NCBI GenBank assembly: GCA_051362555.1
Contig: CM120642.1
Coordinates: 2,480,001 to 2,544,000, forward strand
Source: Lingula anatina
Taxonomy: Eukaryota > Animalia > Brachiopoda
Direction of reading: 5' to 3'
Length of the DNA: 64,000 nucleotides
Below are positions 60,601 to 64,000 of this stretch, piece by piece. The position numbers and the translations under genes were made by a program. How positions within the stretch are numbered: the stretch's first letter is position 1; the number at the start of each line of letters is the position of its first letter. The notes beneath the pieces were generated by a model. It worked only from the letters and a program-made list of their open reading frames with translations, did not search any database and was not told where the DNA came from.

Positions 60601-63047
60601 ACTGTCCTCTCGTGATGTGAAATCCAAGTGTGAAATCCTGGCAAAGGGGGAGTCTTTGTACTGGGGGTCCGTGTGAGCATGCACGAAAAAACTGGCATGC
60701 GGATTGCTCTGTATACTGCACGTGCTGTTGCTGTCTATTGCCACTGTCACTGTAAAGCACTGTATACAGGAGGCAATGTTGCCATCACTGCATGCCACAA
60801 TGATGTTCCCATTGCTGGAGAAAGCCAGGGCTGCTAGCTGGTACCTGCTACGTACTTGTGACAGGCCATTTCTGACAACTGTCATTCCTTGTTCACTACC
60901 TGGTACACCAACACAGACCTGAAATATAGGAGTCTCATATTATTTGCTCAGGGCTGGGACCAGAATGCTTAAACATGAGGAAAACCCTCCAAATCTGATA
61001 GATACATACACAGGAGTAGACTAATACAGTGACAAACATTCACTTGATTAAAAAAGAAATGTTTTCCAGACAATTTGATGTAAGAAAAATTTACATTGAA
61101 AAATAACTGAATCTATGATAGTCAAGAATATTGTTTGTAAACTGAAAGTGGTGAGTCTAAAAGAAATGAGTTGATACCAACCAAGCACAAACCCCATAAG
61201 CAGCAGCTACTGATTATCAAATTCAAAGTAGAAACACACAGGTGACCACTGTTCTGACCTTGCTGTAGACATGACTACCACATACATTTGTAAAGAAACA
61301 TGACATTGAAGGAAATACCATATATCAAACCTACCAATCCAGTAGCAGTGACTCCTATCCAACCATCAGTGGCTTTCCCACCAAACTGGCACAGTGAGGG
61401 GGAGAAGGAAATACGGGTGAACTTCCCATCATACAGATAGCTCTCCCTCTTGTCCAAGTCGTAACGAACCATGATTCCCGTGTGGAGCCACGCGGCGCAC
61501 AGGAACTCTTCCCCCTCCACACTGGACTGGTGACAGATTTCCCAGTTGTTCATTAAATAATCCTAAAGTAAAAAGGAAACCACTTAGAAGCAAAAATATG
61601 AAATACTTTGTTAGGTATTTGGTCAATGTCAGATTAATTAATACTTTAAGTTGAAAGCATTTTCTACAGGATTTTCTCACAAATTGACTTTTTCTTATCT
61701 TTTCTTGTTTAAATCCTGACAAGAACATTCTCTTGATCACCATATACAAAATAATACAAATATGATATAATATTTTTAGAAAAAGGGCTGAATGAGTTTA
61801 CCTTCATTTTCCATATGCCTGTATTGCCCAGTCTGTCAATGACCAGCAGTCTTGAGCCACTACTGTCCCAGTGTAACTGCTGGACAGCCTCGTCCAGTCT
61901 GGTCACTTCAAACACCTCCCACGGTTTCTCCACATCATACACATACACATGGTACTGGTGTTCGAATGACATGGGTCTGGAATATTGATATCATGTGATG
62001 AATCATTGGCTGAAAATTGTTATGTTGAGAGTAAGTCAAGGGTAATGCCCATTATACATTGACAGTAAAGTCAGTAAGTATTCAGAAATCGTACTGAATG
62101 TATCAATCGTTTTTCATTTTGACAAATCTAAGAAAGGGTGCACGTGGTTGCCCACTTCATCAATGTCATGTGACCTGCAATTATCTCTTTCAGTAAATAA
62201 TGCAGGTTTTGGCAGAACGAATCTTTTCCGGTGTTACTGAAATGCGCAATACACTGCAATACAGCGCAACACAGCGCAATACACTTGAAAAAACAAGTAA
62301 AGTTGCAATCACACAAAAGAAACAGCCATTTCCAACAAAGTAGGGTGATTTAAAAGCAAATTGCATTACTATTTAAGTAATATTGTAGATAAAACTTAAC
62401 AAATCGGCGAGACTTTTACATTGTCGGGTCAGCAGCCATATTGGTGAGTAGCTCTTCTTGGATATATTACTGGCCAAGAAGAGCCACTCGCCAACATGGC
62501 AGCTGACCCAACATTGAAAAAAATGTGTCAATCTCTTGCGGTGTATCAGCAATATTCATTACTTACTGATATATTTTGCTTTCATATCGACCTATTTTGT
62601 TTGAATTCAACCTTTCCCGTGTTTACTTGTGGCTGGACTTGTTTTTTTCAAGTGTATTGCACTATGTTGCGGTGTATTGCGCATTTCAGTCACACCCAAT
62701 CTTTTCCCTTCGACGTCCCCCCCCCCCAAAAAAAAAATAGTAATAAATAAAATAAAAATTATGAAAAAACAGAACTGATCTGTGGCACCCCCACACAAAT
62801 TATAATATTTGATAAGGAACCATTATCATCACAGTATCAGAGGTCGTTCTATGTTGTGTTACCTGTCTTGTTTTTCCTGCATAAGCAGATCGTCTTTGTC
62901 CTTGGCCAGCTCCGCAGCCTCGTCGAGCGCCTGGGTGCTGGTAAAAGCGACCGCGTTCCGGCATGAAAACGTACATATGGAACGTGGCATATGGCCATAA
63001 ATTGGTTTCCTGGTGGACGAACCCGATACACTATATATCAACTCCAT
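57698..63047 (-). CDS. MED16: Mediator of RNA polymerase II transcription subunit 16, 7 coding exons, ~848 aa
   Basis: Exons 63047-62863, 61976-61802, 61562-61335, 60918-60006, 59546-59317, 58921-58813 and 58404-57698 are in phase (2547 nt). Motifs: FSCRNAVAFT, WDSSGSRLL, FSPSLCQFGGK..GWIGVTATGLV, FEYVLLTGRDWWDVL, TLQSLQPLIQWVADF, LRELLVIFRVWG and C-terminal RRCLRCG...WDQRWSKMCLCGGHW. Confidence 0.94.
62229..62697. mobile_element. Mutator (MULE)-like palindromic MITE in MED16 intron 1
   Basis: TSD aatcttttc (9 bp) at 62220-62228 and 62698-62706, TIR ggtgt(t/g)actgaaatgcgcaatacac..., and a central ~40-bp-arm inverted repeat at 62422-62513. Confidence 0.8.
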
Positions 63048-63131
63048 CTTTGACGGAGAATTGATGTAAAATTTAGAAATATACGTCGGCAAAATTGCCG
63101 GCTAACCTAAGGCAACCATGTTGGATTTAAC

Positions 63132-63141
63132 TCTCGCGAGA
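63132..63141. promoter_or_regulatory. Palindromic TCTCGCGAGA (CGCG element) upstream of MED16
   Basis: Exact TCTCGCGAGA about 85 bp upstream of the MED16 ATG. The motif is known from vertebrate housekeeping promoters (BANP-bound). Confidence 0.55.
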
Positions 63142-63780
63142 TTTTGTTCTGGGCGAGAGTCTTATTAAAGCTGACAGTTTATTCAAGGAATTTTAAGTAA
63201 ATTTTTAAAATAACTGAAACGTAACAAGGAGAGATAATTTTGATAAAAAGGTCCATTGGAAGATAATAATTCATTGTTGATCGACTTTGTTTTCTTAGAC
63301 AGAATTACAAAATTAGCAGATAGATAAAGGAAGGAAAGTGGAAAAATCCAGGACTAGGCCTGTAGGTTGGCAATTAACCCTAATGCAGGTAGTAAGCTAC
63401 CAGTAACCACATAGTAGACGCACATATTAAGTTATATTTCACTAATTCAAAACCAACTATTTTCCTTTCTTTCTTTTCACACAAATACGTTTTCCCCCTT
63501 TTTGTAAATAGGCCTATTATCGGTTCGGTGTGTAGGCCTACTATTCATCTAGCGGTCACGGTGATCAACTCAAGAAACAACTGGTAACAGTGCAGGCATG
63601 GCTCGCCAGAAAGAGATTCAACCAGTTTACCCGTAGCATTTTCCCACGTTGGAAATGGACATCACAGACTCTACACGGTTATCGACATTTCTAAGCGCTG
63701 ACTGTCTCTTCCATAGGCCTACAACAAAAATGATATTTAATCCGGGCACCTGTCATCGGTAAATTGTCATATAATATGAG

Positions 63781-64000
63781 TAGGGGAGAGCGGGGTGGGT
63801 TGGAACGCGGGTAAGTTGGAACATTGGCTTTATTTCTTAAACCACAAGACCGATCATGTGCTCCTTCAGCATAAAAATGTCACGTGGCATGGTCATTCAC
63901 CCGGTAAACTTGTGGAAGTTTTGAAAATGCAGTAAAAGTTTTATGCGAAAAAAACTTATTTTTGCTACTCGAAGTAAGTTTTCATATTTTTGACATTCAT
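63781..64000. mobile_element. Probable end of a TA-flanked TIR element (pogo/mariner-like), cut by the window edge
   Basis: Begins taggggagagcgggg with a repeated gttggaac subterminal motif. The partner TIR is not in the window. Confidence 0.35.

Noticed and set aside
57972-60922. Several + strand ORFs (e.g. 159 aa, 104 aa)
   Set aside because: They are antisense shadows of GC-richer MED16 exons.
63048-63092. Upstream extension of MED16 from the ORF track
   Set aside because: It begins at a non-ATG codon. ATG 63047 (MELIYSV) fits the family N-terminus.

Overview
AT-rich, intron-containing animal genomic DNA, probably from an invertebrate bilaterian (the taxon is an inference). I reconstructed seven spliced protein-coding genes by hand from GT-AG junctions with consistent reading phase: FBXO8 (-) head-to-head with CEP44 (+); two tandem NQO1-like NAD(P)H:quinone oxidoreductases (+); DUOXA (-) head-to-head with a 32-exon dual oxidase DUOX (+); and MED16 (-). 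Introns and intergenic DNA hold many DNA-transposon relics, several nested: a Tc1 DD34E pseudo-element, and Sola-like, Mutator-like, Harbinger-like, hAT-like, Helentron-like and TGT..ACA foldback elements. Four observations stand out. (1) The DUOX has an intact frame but several substitutions in normally near-invariant NOX flavin/NADPH motifs, plus degenerate EF-hands. (2) It sits in a compact redox cluster with two diverging quinone reductases. (3) An FBXO8 intronic minisatellite is built from copies of the gene's own exon end and splice donor. (4) The FBXO8-CEP44 head-to-head pair known from vertebrates is present here. No rRNA, tRNA or CRISPR array was seen. Family assignments come from remembered motifs, not from database searches.
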